Source: Nanobdellota archaeon (GTDB lineage: Archaea > Nanobdellota > Nanobdellia > Parvarchaeales > Parvarchaeaceae). From it: a stretch of DNA of 64,000 bases. Of this stretch, positions 49,864 to 60,221 are shown piece after piece. Below the pieces are notes generated by a model. It saw only the letters and a program-made list of their open reading frames with translations, had not been told where the DNA came from and ran no database searches. Positions within the stretch are counted from its first letter, which is position 1; every line of letters begins with the position of its first letter. Where the stretch lies: the NCBI GenBank assembly GCA_021794235.1, contig JAJYRE010000018.1, forward strand, positions 3,441 to 67,440, written 5' to 3'. The translations under genes were made by a program, and so were the position numbers.

Positions 49864-51024
49864 GTGATGATACACAATAAAGGTATGGCTGAACTACTTA
49901 ATAAAAACTTTATAAGTATTCATTATGGGGAGATCGCGCTTAAGGGTGGCAACAGGAGCAATTTTGAGAAGCTACTGATAAAAAATATACAGAGGGAGAC
50001 TGGCGTAAAGCCGATAAGATTGGATGGTAGGCTCATAATTGAGTCGGATAATGGTGATATTAAGGATTTACTCAGGCTAACGCCGGGAGTAGAATGGATA
50101 GGCGATTCGACCGCAATAGAAAGAGACTTGGATTTGCTGAAGAAAAAAGTTGATGAGATAAGAGGGGATTCTGATGTAAAAATAGATGTAAAGAGGATAG
50201 ACAAGAATTATGAGAAGGATTCCCTATGGATATATGAATTTCTCTCGAAGGGGCGAAAAAAAGGAAACCGGAAGATGAGGATAGAAGTCTTCAAAGACTA
50301 TTTCCTGATAAGTTTTAACATACAGGACTGCATAGGCGGACTTCCCATAGGGAGCGCCGGAAAAGTCCTTTCACTGTTTTCGGGAGGGATAGATTCTTCA
50401 GCTGTTCCATTCGAGCTCATGAAAAGAGGGTGCATAGTAGACCTGGTTCATGTATTTGCAATGCCGAGAGCAGATGAGGTTCCAAAAAGCAAGGTAGGGG
50501 AGATAATGAAAGCTATTTCAAAGATAAACCGGGTAAGGATTTATGCTATACCTTTTTCAATATTCGCGATAGAAACCGCAGGTGTTGGCGGCGGATATGA
50601 CTTAATACTGTTTAAGAGGTTCCTACTCATGCTAGCAGAAAAAATTGCCGTAAAGCAGAATTACAAAGCCATAGCAACAGGAGATTCCCTGTCGCAGGTC
50701 GCCTCACAGACTCTGGACAACATAAATGCAATAAGCCCGGGGATAAACTTACCGGTTTTAAGGCCTTTTATAACGAGCAACAAAATCGATATAATAAACA
50801 AGGCAAAGTTTTACGGAACTTATGAAGAGTCTATAAAGGAATACCGGGATTGCTGCTCGATAGTATCGAAAAATCCCACTACACGCGCCCATCGTGACAA
50901 ACTTGAGGAGATAGAGAAAAAAGTAGACATAAATTCCATAGTTGACAAAAGCGTCAGGGAGATGAGGGTATTCACGCTTTCTATGGATTCACCTGAGTTT
51001 ATTGAGTCTAAAATAGTTGTATAG
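49864..51024 (+). CDS. thiI: tRNA sulfurtransferase ThiI-like (THUMP + PP-loop)
   Basis: SGGIDSSAV PP-loop. 386 aa. Confidence 0.75.
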   Translation: MMIHNKGMAELLNKNFISIHYGEIALKGGNRSNFEKLLIKNIQRETGVKPIRLDGRLIIESDNGDIKDLLRLTPGVEWIGDSTAIERDLDLLKKKVDEIRGDSDVKIDVKRIDKNYEKDSLWIYEFLSKGRKKGNRKMRIEVFKDYFLISFNIQDCIGGLPIGSAGKVLSLFSGGIDSSAVPFELMKRGCIVDLVHVFAMPRADEVPKSKVGEIMKAISKINRVRIYAIPFSIFAIETAGVGGGYDLILFKRFLLMLAEKIAVKQNYKAIATGDSLSQVASQTLDNINAISPGINLPVLRPFITSNKIDIINKAKFYGTYEESIKEYRDCCSIVSKNPTTRAHRDKLEEIEKKVDINSIVDKSVREMRVFTLSMDSPEFIESKIVV

Positions 51025-51807
51025 ATACACCTGTGCATACCCCGAGTATCTTCCGAAATACCCGACCATTATGTCCCTCATTTTCTTATAGTTCTGCTTA
51101 TCGTTAACCATGTTCCCATAGGTATTCAGGATGGCTCTCTTAATCCAGACATCGATAGGGAAGCTTGACAAGTCGTGTAGACCATACAGCTTTATGCAGT
51201 CCAATACCTTGGAGCCTATCCCTGTTATATGAAGGAGTTCTTCATCTACATAGTGCATGTCCGAGTTCTCGATGTCTCTCTCCACGAAGTTTTTAGCCGC
51301 TGAAAAGACGAATCTTGTCCTGAATCCCAGCTTGAACTGCTTAAGGGTTTCCTCTCCTTTATCAAATATATCGGTGTATGAAGGAAATTTATAGAGGGTT
51401 AAGCCGTCTATTTCCGCTTTCTCCCCATAAAAAACCGACATAGCCTTTATTCTCCTCAGTATCAGTGGTACGTTCGACTGTATTGATAGCACGAAGCCGA
51501 GTGTAGCTGGCCATACACCATCATTGACTATGCGCACCCCTGTAGAGAATCTTATTGCCTTGTCTATAGTATTGTCCTTATCTATCTCAGAATTGATGTC
51601 TTCTATTTTATCACGAAGTCCTAGCATGCCGCGTATTTTGCTGCCGTTCAAGTCGCCTACGAACTCAAGCTTTCCATCTAGTTCCTGTCTAACAAGCACG
51701 GGCCTGTCTATAAATGAGCCCCAGTATTCGCCGGCCTTGTGCCATACGAACGTCTGACCCACGTTCAGCGTCTTATCCAGTGAAAAACCCGGGACATTCA
51801 GTATCAT
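50989..51807 (-). CDS. ogg: 8-oxoguanine DNA glycosylase/AP lyase, Ogg1-type
   Basis: N-terminal LDKTLNVGQTFVWHKAGEYWGSF resembles the Ogg1 N-terminal domain. A HhH-GPD region is present. Confidence 0.75.
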   Translation of the reverse strand: MILNVPGFSLDKTLNVGQTFVWHKAGEYWGSFIDRPVLVRQELDGKLEFVGDLNGSKIRGMLGLRDKIEDINSEIDKDNTIDKAIRFSTGVRIVNDGVWPATLGFVLSIQSNVPLILRRIKAMSVFYGEKAEIDGLTLYKFPSYTDIFDKGEETLKQFKLGFRTRFVFSAAKNFVERDIENSDMHYVDEELLHITGIGSKVLDCIKLYGLHDLSSFPIDVWIKRAILNTYGNMVNDKQNYKKMRDIMVGYFGRYSGYAQVYLYNYFRLNKLR

Positions 51808-51837
51808 ATAAAAATAGAAATACCTATGCTATAATTA

Positions 51838-51852
51838 ATATATATTAAAATC
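51838..51852 (+). promoter_or_regulatory. putative TATA box for tRNA-Ser
   Basis: ttaatatatattaaa lies about 25-35 nt upstream of the tRNA 5' end. Confidence 0.3.
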
Positions 51853-51875
51853 AACATTAAATGATAGCCGAAAAT

Positions 51876-51958
51876 GCTGGGTTGGCTGAGCGGCTATAGC
51901 GCCGGTCTTGAGAACCGGTTTCCGAAAGGATGCGTAGGTTCGAGTCCTGCACCCAGCG
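51876..51958 (+). tRNA. tRNA-Ser (anticodon TGA), 83 nt with long variable arm
   Basis: GCTGGGTTGGCTGAGCGGCTATAGCGCCGGTCTTGAGAACCGGTTTCCGAAAGGATGCGTAGGTTCGAGTCCTGCACCCAGCG with anticodon loop CTTGAGA and T-loop TTCGAGT. Confidence 0.9.
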
Positions 51959-52010
51959 TTTTTGATTGCAAGATAACATGTTTTATAAGGCATAACTGAC
52001 TTCTCATAAA

Positions 52011-52601
52011 ATGAGTTTAGATTCGATCCTGGGCGCAGGATCCCCATCTGATGAAGGGGGATCAAAGCCGGGGAAAAAAGCACTCTTAAAAGCCTTGCCG
52101 GGTACGATTTATCGTTCTTTCAAAACACTGTATCAGGACGTTATAAAAGTAAAGCTTCAGCTGCTATACGAGCTAACAGCGGCGGCTACGGACAGAGTGA
52201 TAAGCTTTATAGGGCTTAATACGCAGGGCGGCATAGAAGCCAACCCGCTGGAGGCCATACCGGCGAAGTATATAGGGATTGGGCCTACTTACGCCGCGTC
52301 TTTCATAGGAGTAAATCTACTGGTATACGGACTTTCAAGAACACTTGTAAGAAACAAAACGCTCAACCAGAAACAGTTTCTAGGGGGTGTGTATCTTGGA
52401 TTGGGAACGATGGAGACAATGGTGAGCGTGCACGATTATATGTCAGTAACAAACAATCAGGCGTACGGTATCGCGGCTATGACTTTTCCAGAGGCGATAG
52501 CTATCAGTATTCCCGTAGTACTTGCTCCGCTGGCTTATTCGATGATTAAGAACAGATTAAGCAGCAGAAATGAGAAAAAAGAACCGGGTGAAGGATATTA
52601 G
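52011..52601 (+). CDS. hypothetical membrane protein
   Basis: 196 aa with several hydrophobic helices. Confidence 0.4.
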   Translation: MSLDSILGAGSPSDEGGSKPGKKALLKALPGTIYRSFKTLYQDVIKVKLQLLYELTAAATDRVISFIGLNTQGGIEANPLEAIPAKYIGIGPTYAASFIGVNLLVYGLSRTLVRNKTLNQKQFLGGVYLGLGTMETMVSVHDYMSVTNNQAYGIAAMTFPEAIAISIPVVLAPLAYSMIKNRLSSRNEKKEPGEGY

Positions 52602-52915
52602 ATAGTTTTCATTATTAATTTCTTCTCTACTCTTTCACCGGAGAACTTGACTCCATCCCTAAGCAATTTCTTCTTCTTTACGGATAGACTGTGCTCATTA
52701 TTCACGCTATCTATAGTGTAACCGCCCAAACTCCCATCGGAGCGTACTACCCTGTAACACGGATATATCTCAGGATGACTGTTCTGACCGAGTATTCTTC
52801 CGACAAGCCGAGGATTCATTCCGAGTCTGGATGCCAGAGCCCCGTAAGTCGAAACCCTGCCTCTAGGAATCTTTTTCAAGAGTTTGTACACTTTCAGGCG
52901 CTTATCACTGTTCAT
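52598..52915 (-). CDS. MGMT-family DNA-binding domain protein (alkyltransferase-like, PCYR variant)
   Basis: 105 aa: RGRVSTYGALASRLG...PCYRVVRSDGSLGGY. Has the Ogt C-terminal domain only, with Tyr in place of the His of PCHR. Confidence 0.65.
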   Translation of the reverse strand: MNSDKRLKVYKLLKKIPRGRVSTYGALASRLGMNPRLVGRILGQNSHPEIYPCYRVVRSDGSLGGYTIDSVNNEHSLSVKKKKLLRDGVKFSGERVEKKLIMKTI

Positions 52916-53609
52916 TCAGTAGTAAAGGATCTATAAGCTTTATAAGTTCGTCTTCACTCTTCGTGTCCGCGAACCCCAGCGATTTGAACCAGGAGTTTAT
53001 CGTTGTTATGTCTCGCACTAGGTATGGCAGTGTCATGTTTGACAGCTTCAGAGCCTGGGAAAAATCTATGAAGAACGGGTTGCCCTTTAAGTTGAGTATA
53101 TTGTAAGGACTTAGGTCTCCGTGTATTATTCTCCTCCTACCGAGAAGCACTATCACATCTGTTATTTTTTTGTACCAGGAATCGACTTCAAAGTTTCTGT
53201 CCTGTACTGCTGGCTTTGCAGGGACGTCATCCTCTCCGATGAACGCCATAACTATTATGTTTTTATAATTGCGCATCGGTTCCGGCACACTGACACCGAC
53301 ATTGAAAGCTCTGCTCATAAAATTAAACTCGTACCTGGTCCAGTCATCGATTCTCTTTATGTATCCTCTACTGCCTGTCCCCCTTAGACGCAGGTAGGTT
53401 GGTATCTGCTTGAACGCGCCTATATGGTGGCGGTGTATTTTCACTGCTACGGTGTTGTTGTGCTGATCGTGACTGTAGAATACATAGGCTTCCTTTCCCG
53501 TTCCTATAGGCCCCAAAAGTTCACTTATGTACCCATCGCTCTTTAGCTTTAGAACGTTCCTTTCGGTCTCATCGTCGAAAACGTGCCCGTAAACCTTACT
53601 TTTTGGCAT
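52905..53609 (-). CDS. rio: RIO-type serine/threonine protein kinase
   Basis: [11 protein letters not shown] catalytic loop. The ORF extends to 53669 but the internal Met (MPKSKVYG, 53609) cuts the overlap with lon from 74 nt to 14 nt. Confidence 0.8.
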   Translation of the reverse strand: MPKSKVYGHVFDDETERNVLKLKSDGYISELLGPIGTGKEAYVFYSHDQHNNTVAVKIHRHHIGAFKQIPTYLRLRGTGSRGYIKRIDDWTRYEFNFMSRAFNVGVSVPEPMRNYKNIIVMAFIGEDDVPAKPAVQDRNFEVDSWYKKITDVIVLLGRRRIIHGDLSPYNILNLKGNPFFIDFSQALKLSNMTLPYLVRDITTINSWFKSLGFADTKSEDELIKLIDPLLLNEQ

Positions 53610-55521
53610 AAGCCTTCTGAAGAGATTTTTTAACCGCGCTGATGAGTCTTTTCTTGTCAGGAGTATCAATCAGTGCATTCTTTATCACATCGACTATAGA
53701 ACTTGCAGCCATGACTTTTATCTTGCTAGGGTCTGACAATACCAAGTCGTTGATGTTAGAAGCCGGAATTATGACCTCTTTTATCCCAGCGTTTATGGCG
53801 GCTTCAACCTTTGATGTAACGCCTCCCACAGGCAGGACTTCTCCCCATATTGAAAGTGAACCTGTCATAGCGACCGACTGCTTGACAGGGATGTTTGTAA
53901 GCGCGGAAAGTATACCTATTGCAACGCTTATACTTGCACTGTCTCCCTCTACGCCGGAGTATGCCTGAAGGAACTGTATATGTATATCATAGTCTGTCAG
54001 GGGCTTTTTAGAGTAGAGCTTTATTATTGCAGAGACGTTCTTTACGGCTTCCTGTGCTATCTCACCTAGTTTACCTGTAGCGATTATCTCACCGGCCCCC
54101 TTTCTCATACTCTGGGTTATTACCGCCTCTATCGGAAGCATAAGTCCCGAGTCCGAATTCTCTATCACCGCCAGTCCGTTGACTCTACCTACTCTCGAAT
54201 TATTGACCTGTATTACGTCATAATCCCTCTTCTCCTTTATGTATCTGGTGGCTATCTGTTGTTCGAATGAAGCTGCGTAAGTCTTTGCTTTAAGCACGTC
54301 TTCTCTCTGTACAGCAGGGTGTTTATTCTCTACGGCTATGTCGCCGGCAACTCTGATTATTCCACCAAGCTCCCTAAGTTTAAGAGTAAGCGAATTTTTC
54401 CTATCGGATTTCCTTCTGGCTTCATTCATTATTTCCACGACGGCATCCTTTGAGAATTGAGGAATTTTCTTGTCCTTATGCACTTCCTGGGCAACGAATC
54501 TTGCAATTTTGTCCCTGTTCTCCTTTGTGTCTGGCATCGTCTCATTCATGTATACTTCGTAGCCGTAGCCTCTTATCCTAGATCTAAGAGCGGGACTCAT
54601 GTTGGTTATAGATGACGGGTTGCCTGCACCTACGAGTATGAAATCACAAGGCACTGGATTTGTCTTTACCATTGCGCCTGCACTTCTCTCGCTCCTTCCG
54701 GTTATGCTAAGCTTCTTCTCCTGCATTGCGGTAAGGAGTTGTATCTGCGTTTCATTGGTTAGGTTTGCTATCTCGTCTATGAAAAGAACTCCTCCGTTAG
54801 CCTTGTGTATATCACCGAGTACAACCCTTTCATGCGCCGGTGTACCCAATCCACCCGTCTGGAACGGATCGTGTTGTACGTCGCCGAGCAGTGCTCCTTC
54901 TCTCGCGCCCGTAGCGTCTACAAACGGTGCGTTCTTCATGCCCGAGTTGTCAAGGAGCAGCTTAGGAGTTGGTGTGGAAGTCTTGTTAGTCGTCCTTCCC
55001 AACCTGTACATCAGTACTATGAATATAAATCCTAAAAGCATTGTGATTATAAACAGCGTACCTGATATCTGGTTAGCGGCCGCTAATATAGGATCCCTTT
55101 GGGATGAAACCAGCAGGTTTACTACATAGGTTGCAACGAAAAAGGCTACTAGAAAACCGAGGAATATTATCATGTTGTTCCCGCCGTTGAGCGCCGCCAT
55201 TGTTCTTGCCTTTGCCTGGGCGACTAGACGCTTTCCCTCTCCTGCCGGAAGGATTCTAACTATCGGCTCGTTCTCGTCTTTAGGGTTCTGGAAAGAAATC
55301 ATGTCCAGCAGCTTTTCCGAAGGTAGAAGTTCTGACAGGGCCTGACCCAACATACTTTTACCGGTACCGGGCGCTCCGACTAATAGGACATTTCTTCTCT
55401 GTACCGCAGCCTTTTTTATAATTTCTACGGCCTGCTCCTGCCCTATTACCTGATCAACGATCTTCGAGGGTATGCGAATATCGTCAGTAGTCTTGAACGA
55501 TATACCAAACGTATTATCCAT
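53596..55521 (-). CDS. lonB: archaeal membrane-bound Lon protease (LonB)
   Basis: AAA+ Walker A GAPGTGKS, an inserted TM hairpin and a C-terminal Lon protease domain. 641 aa. Confidence 0.9.
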   Translation of the reverse strand: MDNTFGISFKTTDDIRIPSKIVDQVIGQEQAVEIIKKAAVQRRNVLLVGAPGTGKSMLGQALSELLPSEKLLDMISFQNPKDENEPIVRILPAGEGKRLVAQAKARTMAALNGGNNMIIFLGFLVAFFVATYVVNLLVSSQRDPILAAANQISGTLFIITMLLGFIFIVLMYRLGRTTNKTSTPTPKLLLDNSGMKNAPFVDATGAREGALLGDVQHDPFQTGGLGTPAHERVVLGDIHKANGGVLFIDEIANLTNETQIQLLTAMQEKKLSITGRSERSAGAMVKTNPVPCDFILVGAGNPSSITNMSPALRSRIRGYGYEVYMNETMPDTKENRDKIARFVAQEVHKDKKIPQFSKDAVVEIMNEARRKSDRKNSLTLKLRELGGIIRVAGDIAVENKHPAVQREDVLKAKTYAASFEQQIATRYIKEKRDYDVIQVNNSRVGRVNGLAVIENSDSGLMLPIEAVITQSMRKGAGEIIATGKLGEIAQEAVKNVSAIIKLYSKKPLTDYDIHIQFLQAYSGVEGDSASISVAIGILSALTNIPVKQSVAMTGSLSIWGEVLPVGGVTSKVEAAINAGIKEVIIPASNINDLVLSDPSKIKVMAASSIVDVIKNALIDTPDKKRLISAVKKSLQKAYAKK

Positions 55522-55558
55522 TGTACACTCTTAATAGTATTAGAGGTATTTTAACCTT

Positions 55559-55852
55559 TTATTCTTCGGACTGTCCTTCTATCTCCGACTGGGATGCAAC
55601 TATACCGGAGATTATGAATATGTCCCCTATCGCCCTTACAAGACTGTGCTGTATTATTGCTCCTTTTGCACCCTTTATTATCTTAGAAAGATTGGATGAC
55701 GGACTTGCCTTTATTCTCCAACCAACAACTCTGTTGTCCTGGACTATTGCCTCGTCTATCTCGCCGAAGTAAGTTCCCGCATCCGTGTATACTTTTAGTC
55801 CGTACGTTCCCGTTATATTCTTTAATCTTAATGCCATATTGTTGGTTCTCAC
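55559..55852 (-). CDS. PRC-barrel domain protein
   Basis: 97 aa with a PRC-barrel-like pattern. Confidence 0.55.
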   Translation of the reverse strand: MRTNNMALRLKNITGTYGLKVYTDAGTYFGEIDEAIVQDNRVVGWRIKASPSSNLSKIIKGAKGAIIQHSLVRAIGDIFIISGIVASQSEIEGQSEE

Positions 55853-55978
55853 TGGAAGTTTAAATATCTATCTAGTGCTAGCAGCTCTATTTTCTGTAAG
55901 TTTATATTTGAACGCAGTATTTTCAGAATAAAGCATTTTTAAAGGTATCAAACGTCAAATTGGGCGATTAATAGTATA

Positions 55979-57481
55979 TCAGGAAATGCTTCCAAAAGCC
56001 ACTGAAGGCATCACACCGCTTGGCGGATCCGCACGAACACGAACCCAATAGAACGGGCCTATTGTCGCCTGAGAAATCTGGGTATTTGCTCCACCGATGG
56101 GAAGTTGAGAGCCGTAAACATCCTTCGTTAAAACCGAAGGAGTGTCATAATTAACAGAAAACGAGGCTTCTGATGATGAAGGCCAATAAATAGAGTATAC
56201 ATTGTAACCTGTAGTTAATGCGGATGTGGCATTCCATCCGCTACCTTGGTCAACAAGTCCACCCGCATATGCATTGGACCAAACAGCTGTATTTATTTCG
56301 AACCATGTTTGGATAGCGGTAGATGCCGTTACATCGGAACTGCTCAGAGTATAACCAAATCCGGCGTTGTGATCCGCTGTTGCCAATGGGAAGTTTCCAT
56401 AATAATCCAAAATCTGTGTCGAGTTCAATCCATAGTTTTTACTGGTGAGAGCATAGCTGGAGTAAGGGAGGCTTAAACCGTTGTTTATGGAGTATCCGCT
56501 GCCTGTCCATCCGCTTGGCAAGCCTGTGCCAACAAAGTTCTGGTAAAAAGTGGAAAATACATTTGCACCGTTGTCATATTGGCCATAAGTTGAGGAGAGC
56601 TGCGGTGCTTCACCGACTGTGTTGCCATTAAACAGATTCGTGCCATTTGATGCGAAGCCCACGTATATGGTATCCGTGGAGTTGGCGCCGATGCTTCCCA
56701 GTTTTAGCCAGTACAGCGCGTTCTTTGAATATGTGTAGCTCTCAAGCCATGACGGTATTATTGTTCCGTTGTAATAGAAGAACTCCACATTCTGGAGGTT
56801 TGAAGCCGCGTAGCCTTTGTAGACTGAATTGCTCATGTTGACCATCTGCTGGAATGGTGAAGACGTGGATGTGTTCTGATTGTTTGTGACTGTCACTTTG
56901 GTAGTAAACACCACTCCCGCGGGAAGGGTCTGCGTAGATACCGGCACGGTGGTTCCCGTCAGTGTCCCGCTTGTGACCAGCGTATTCTGGAACACCGAAC
57001 CGGGTTCTGTGTATTCTACATTCACGCTTAGGGAGTATCCTGTCGGGGTAGACGGGCAGACTCCTGTGATGTTGAAGTTCTGCAGCGAACTCGGCTGTAT
57101 AACCCGCTGGGGCAGGATGGAGTTGTGCACTCCGCTTCCGGTAACTGTTATATTCGTTATCTTTATGACCTCACCCAGGGAGTTTCCCAGCTGAAGAGTC
57201 AGCTCCTGGTTCGAGCTGCACAGGGCCTGGACGCTGCCGAGTCCGGAAAAACCGGTCACGGTTTGCTGTACGGATGAGGAAGGGCTGAATATGCCCATCC
57301 CATAAAGAACGGCAGCCACTATGACTATTATAAGGATGGCCCAGCCGTAGGTCATCATGTACTCCAGGGCGGACTGTGATCTTTTGTTCCTTAGAGAGGT
57401 TGATAGAAGGGTTTGTGCGCAGACGCACACCGTGAGACTGCTTTCTTTTGAGTTTGCACCTTTCTGATAATTGGTTCGCAT
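55979..57481 (-). CDS. type IV pilin-like (class III signal peptide) surface protein, paralog of 8544-9794
   Basis: ...NKRSQSALEYMMTYGWAILIIVIVAAVLYGMGIF shares the same prepilin-type N-terminus. The true start is uncertain because the ORF has a ~40-aa extension upstream of the signal. Confidence 0.7.
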   Translation of the reverse strand: MRTNYQKGANSKESSLTVCVCAQTLLSTSLRNKRSQSALEYMMTYGWAILIIVIVAAVLYGMGIFSPSSSVQQTVTGFSGLGSVQALCSSNQELTLQLGNSLGEVIKITNITVTGSGVHNSILPQRVIQPSSLQNFNITGVCPSTPTGYSLSVNVEYTEPGSVFQNTLVTSGTLTGTTVPVSTQTLPAGVVFTTKVTVTNNQNTSTSSPFQQMVNMSNSVYKGYAASNLQNVEFFYYNGTIIPSWLESYTYSKNALYWLKLGSIGANSTDTIYVGFASNGTNLFNGNTVGEAPQLSSTYGQYDNGANVFSTFYQNFVGTGLPSGWTGSGYSINNGLSLPYSSYALTSKNYGLNSTQILDYYGNFPLATADHNAGFGYTLSSSDVTASTAIQTWFEINTAVWSNAYAGGLVDQGSGWNATSALTTGYNVYSIYWPSSSEASFSVNYDTPSVLTKDVYGSQLPIGGANTQISQATIGPFYWVRVRADPPSGVMPSVAFGSIS

Positions 57482-57552
57482 ATTTATGATAGCAGACTCT
57501 TATTTATAACTTTTTTTGCTTATTTTGTAAAATGCCACATTTATAATCGGCT

Positions 57553-59604
57553 TTATACAAAAATCTTGAAATCTGTCGCAACCATAGTGTCTTTGAATAG
57601 CTCAATAGGATTTAGATCGATATCTTTTATGTCGGTGTTTGTTGTCATAAACTTGTCGAGTTTTATAAGGTATCTTATAAGTTCCTGGAAAGTTATCTCA
57701 TCAGTTGCGCTGGATAAGACACGGCCGACTTTCGAATCTATGAAATCCGCTATGTCGCCATCCGAGATGGGAGAAAGCATGAAATTTACCTCGCTTATCT
57801 GGTTGGCGAGGACTCCTCCTAGACCGACAGCTATCATCGGACCGAACTGTGGATCCCTGTGTGCACCTAGAAGCACTTCTACTTTCTGCTCGCTTATCTT
57901 GTTAACGTCTTCATACAGCTCATAATGGATCTTTCCCTTATTTTCCGCCGAGAGCCTGCTCTCCATCGAATAAAAAGCTCTATTGAGTGAATCCTGGTCC
58001 TTTATTCCAACCGTCACACCGCCGAATTTGCTCTTGTGCGGCATGTCGCCGGAGTTAACCTTCAGTACGCATGGGAATCCTATCTTTTCTGCGGTCTTAG
58101 CCAGATCCGCCTGCCTATTCACAGGCAGCCCCTTTGCACTTCTTATTCCCAGTGTGTCGAATAGTTTCTTGGCATCCAGCCCGAATATATTTTTTGTAAG
58201 TTTCTGTTTCTTTACCTTCGTTTTATCCTTCTTGTATGCCGAATAAGTCTGCATTTTGTGGGTATGGTAGAAATACATCCCCTCTAGGAGCCCCACTGCC
58301 TCTTCGGGGTAATCGTATATCGGCATATCCCTCTCCAAAAGAAAGTTCCTTGCTTTTTCAACGCGTGATCCACCTAGGAAAACTGACAGTATCATCGAAT
58401 CGGGATGCTTCTTGTGTATCTCAAATACTTCCTTGGCCGTCTCCAGCGGCATTGACATCTCCTGCGGTGAGAAAAGAAGTATTATCGGTTTGTTCTGGTT
58501 CACAAGCATCTCTAGAGTTTCACGGTACCTGTCCGGAGTAGCATCCCCGAGTATATCGATAGGGTTGTGTACGCTCGCCTCCTTGGGCAGGAGATCGATG
58601 AGATTCTGGGTGAGTTTATCGCTTAGTTTTGCCATTTTAAGTCCGGCTGAGGCAATGTGATCTGTTGTTACCACACCGGCTCCGCCGGCGTTCGTCACTA
58701 TAATTATCTCATTGCTGGTTATCTTGAGTTTGGAGGCATCACGCATGAAATTGAACAGGGATTCTATCCTATCAACTGATATTGCACCGGATTTCTTGAA
58801 TGCCAACTCATAAGCCTTATAGTCTCCTGCAAGCGAACCGGTGTGGGACGAAACCGCTGTGGAAGTTGTAGCGAACTTTCCCCCCTTCAGAACAAGAACT
58901 GGCTTTGATTCGCTGAAATCTGCAAGAGAGTCCATAAATTTCTTGCCGTTGCTTATTCCTTCAAGATATATTGCAAGTATCCTTGTATTAGAATCGTGTT
59001 TCAGAGCTGTAACGAGGTCAGCCTCATCTATATCTGTAGCATTGCCTATGCTTATTATCTTGCTGAACCCGATATTATTCATAGAAGCGTCGTCCACGAT
59101 GGCACTTAAGAGTGCACCGCTCTGCGATATGAACCCTGCGTCCCCCTTCAGCATTTTTGAATTGGGGTCGATGAATGTAGCATTGAAGAACGGATTTGTA
59201 TTGATAAGGCCCAGACAGTTGGGACCTATAACCCGTATCTTCGCCTTGTCAAGGAACTTCCTTATCTCAGCCTCTTTCTTTGCACCGTCTTCGCCTATCT
59301 CCTTGAATCCGGCTGTAATTATCACAGCTATCTTTATCTTTCTCCTCTCACAGTCTTTCAGTACCTTAAGAACGCCGTCCGCAGGGACTGATATTATCGC
59401 CATGTCTACCTTGTCTTTTATGTCGAGTATGGACTTGTATACCCTCAAGTCTTGTATTTCATCGGCAAACGGGTTGACAGGAAATATATCGCCCTTAAAA
59501 GTTATCCTTAGGTTCTTTAGGATTACGCTGCCCACTTTGTTAGGGTCTCTTGACGCGCCTATAACGGCAATGGCTTTCGGATCTAAAAAATCGATAAAAT
59601 TCAT
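57553..59604 (-). CDS. acd: acetate--CoA ligase (ADP-forming), fused alpha/beta
   Basis: N-terminal CoA-binding (IAVIGASRDPNKVGSV) and C-terminal ATP-grasp domains. 683 aa. Confidence 0.85.
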   Translation of the reverse strand: MNFIDFLDPKAIAVIGASRDPNKVGSVILKNLRITFKGDIFPVNPFADEIQDLRVYKSILDIKDKVDMAIISVPADGVLKVLKDCERRKIKIAVIITAGFKEIGEDGAKKEAEIRKFLDKAKIRVIGPNCLGLINTNPFFNATFIDPNSKMLKGDAGFISQSGALLSAIVDDASMNNIGFSKIISIGNATDIDEADLVTALKHDSNTRILAIYLEGISNGKKFMDSLADFSESKPVLVLKGGKFATTSTAVSSHTGSLAGDYKAYELAFKKSGAISVDRIESLFNFMRDASKLKITSNEIIIVTNAGGAGVVTTDHIASAGLKMAKLSDKLTQNLIDLLPKEASVHNPIDILGDATPDRYRETLEMLVNQNKPIILLFSPQEMSMPLETAKEVFEIHKKHPDSMILSVFLGGSRVEKARNFLLERDMPIYDYPEEAVGLLEGMYFYHTHKMQTYSAYKKDKTKVKKQKLTKNIFGLDAKKLFDTLGIRSAKGLPVNRQADLAKTAEKIGFPCVLKVNSGDMPHKSKFGGVTVGIKDQDSLNRAFYSMESRLSAENKGKIHYELYEDVNKISEQKVEVLLGAHRDPQFGPMIAVGLGGVLANQISEVNFMLSPISDGDIADFIDSKVGRVLSSATDEITFQELIRYLIKLDKFMTTNTDIKDIDLNPIELFKDTMVATDFKIFV

Positions 59605-59680
59605 AGGTTAATTACCTTTATATAAGCTATAGGATTTACACGTATAAATACGTCTGATTTAAAGGATTATTCACCACTTA

Positions 59681-60118
59681 TTAAAGGTTAATCTCTTCCC
59701 ATTCTACACGCTTATTTTCCACAGCTTTCCTTATTTCTTTTTCGGCGCGCGTAAGGTTGGCGTCTTTAGTGCTCTTTATCTCAAGAAACTTTATTTTGAT
59801 ATCCACATTCGCACCGTCCCTGGCGCTCGAAAGACCATCGAACACTATATAGTCTATAGGGCTGCCAAGAAACCTAAAATCTGCTAGGTTCTCACCCCTA
59901 TCCGCCAGAACCGGAAACAGCTGCTCGCTGATTTTACCCTTTATAACGGACCTCTGCGCCGTCAATGACCTCGAAAGCTCCTTTGATAGCTCTTCCTCCT
60001 TCCATTTGTTAAAGAGCTTTGATACTGATTTCTTGTAAAGAGAATAAAACGCTGCTAAAAAAATCACAAGTATCGATATAGAGCCGATTAGTACTCCTTC
60101 AAGAAATGTCAGCGTCAT
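59681..60118 (-). CDS. membrane-anchored PD-(D/E)xK nuclease related to Holliday junction resolvase Hjc
   Basis: N-terminal TM helix, then GKISEQLFPVLADRGE...PIDYIVFDG...KFLEIKSTK, matching the Hjc E..PD..(E/D)xK pattern. Confidence 0.5.
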   Translation of the reverse strand: MTLTFLEGVLIGSISILVIFLAAFYSLYKKSVSKLFNKWKEEELSKELSRSLTAQRSVIKGKISEQLFPVLADRGENLADFRFLGSPIDYIVFDGLSSARDGANVDIKIKFLEIKSTKDANLTRAEKEIRKAVENKRVEWEEINL

Positions 60119-60149
60119 AGAAATGACTATCCTTGCAAGTTAATAATAT

Positions 60150-60221
60150 TGTCGGGGGTGAGATTTGAACTCACAATTACCGCCTCATGAGGGCGGCGTA
60201 ATGCCGTTATACTACCCCGAC
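60150..60221 (-). tRNA. tRNA-Met elongator or tRNA-Ile2 (anticodon CAT), 72 nt
   Basis: GTCGGGGTAGTATAACGGCATTACGCCGCCCTCATGAGGCGGTAATTGTGAGTTCAAATCTCACCCCCGACA with anticodon loop CTCATGA. G1:C72 indicates it is not an initiator. Confidence 0.85.

Noticed and set aside
51835-52083. 82-aa minus-strand ORF
   Set aside because: Covers tRNA-Ser on the opposite strand. Spurious.
54599-55129. 176-aa plus-strand ORF
   Set aside because: Antisense to lonB.
58841-59611. 256-aa plus-strand ORF
   Set aside because: Antisense to the ADP-forming acetyl-CoA synthetase.
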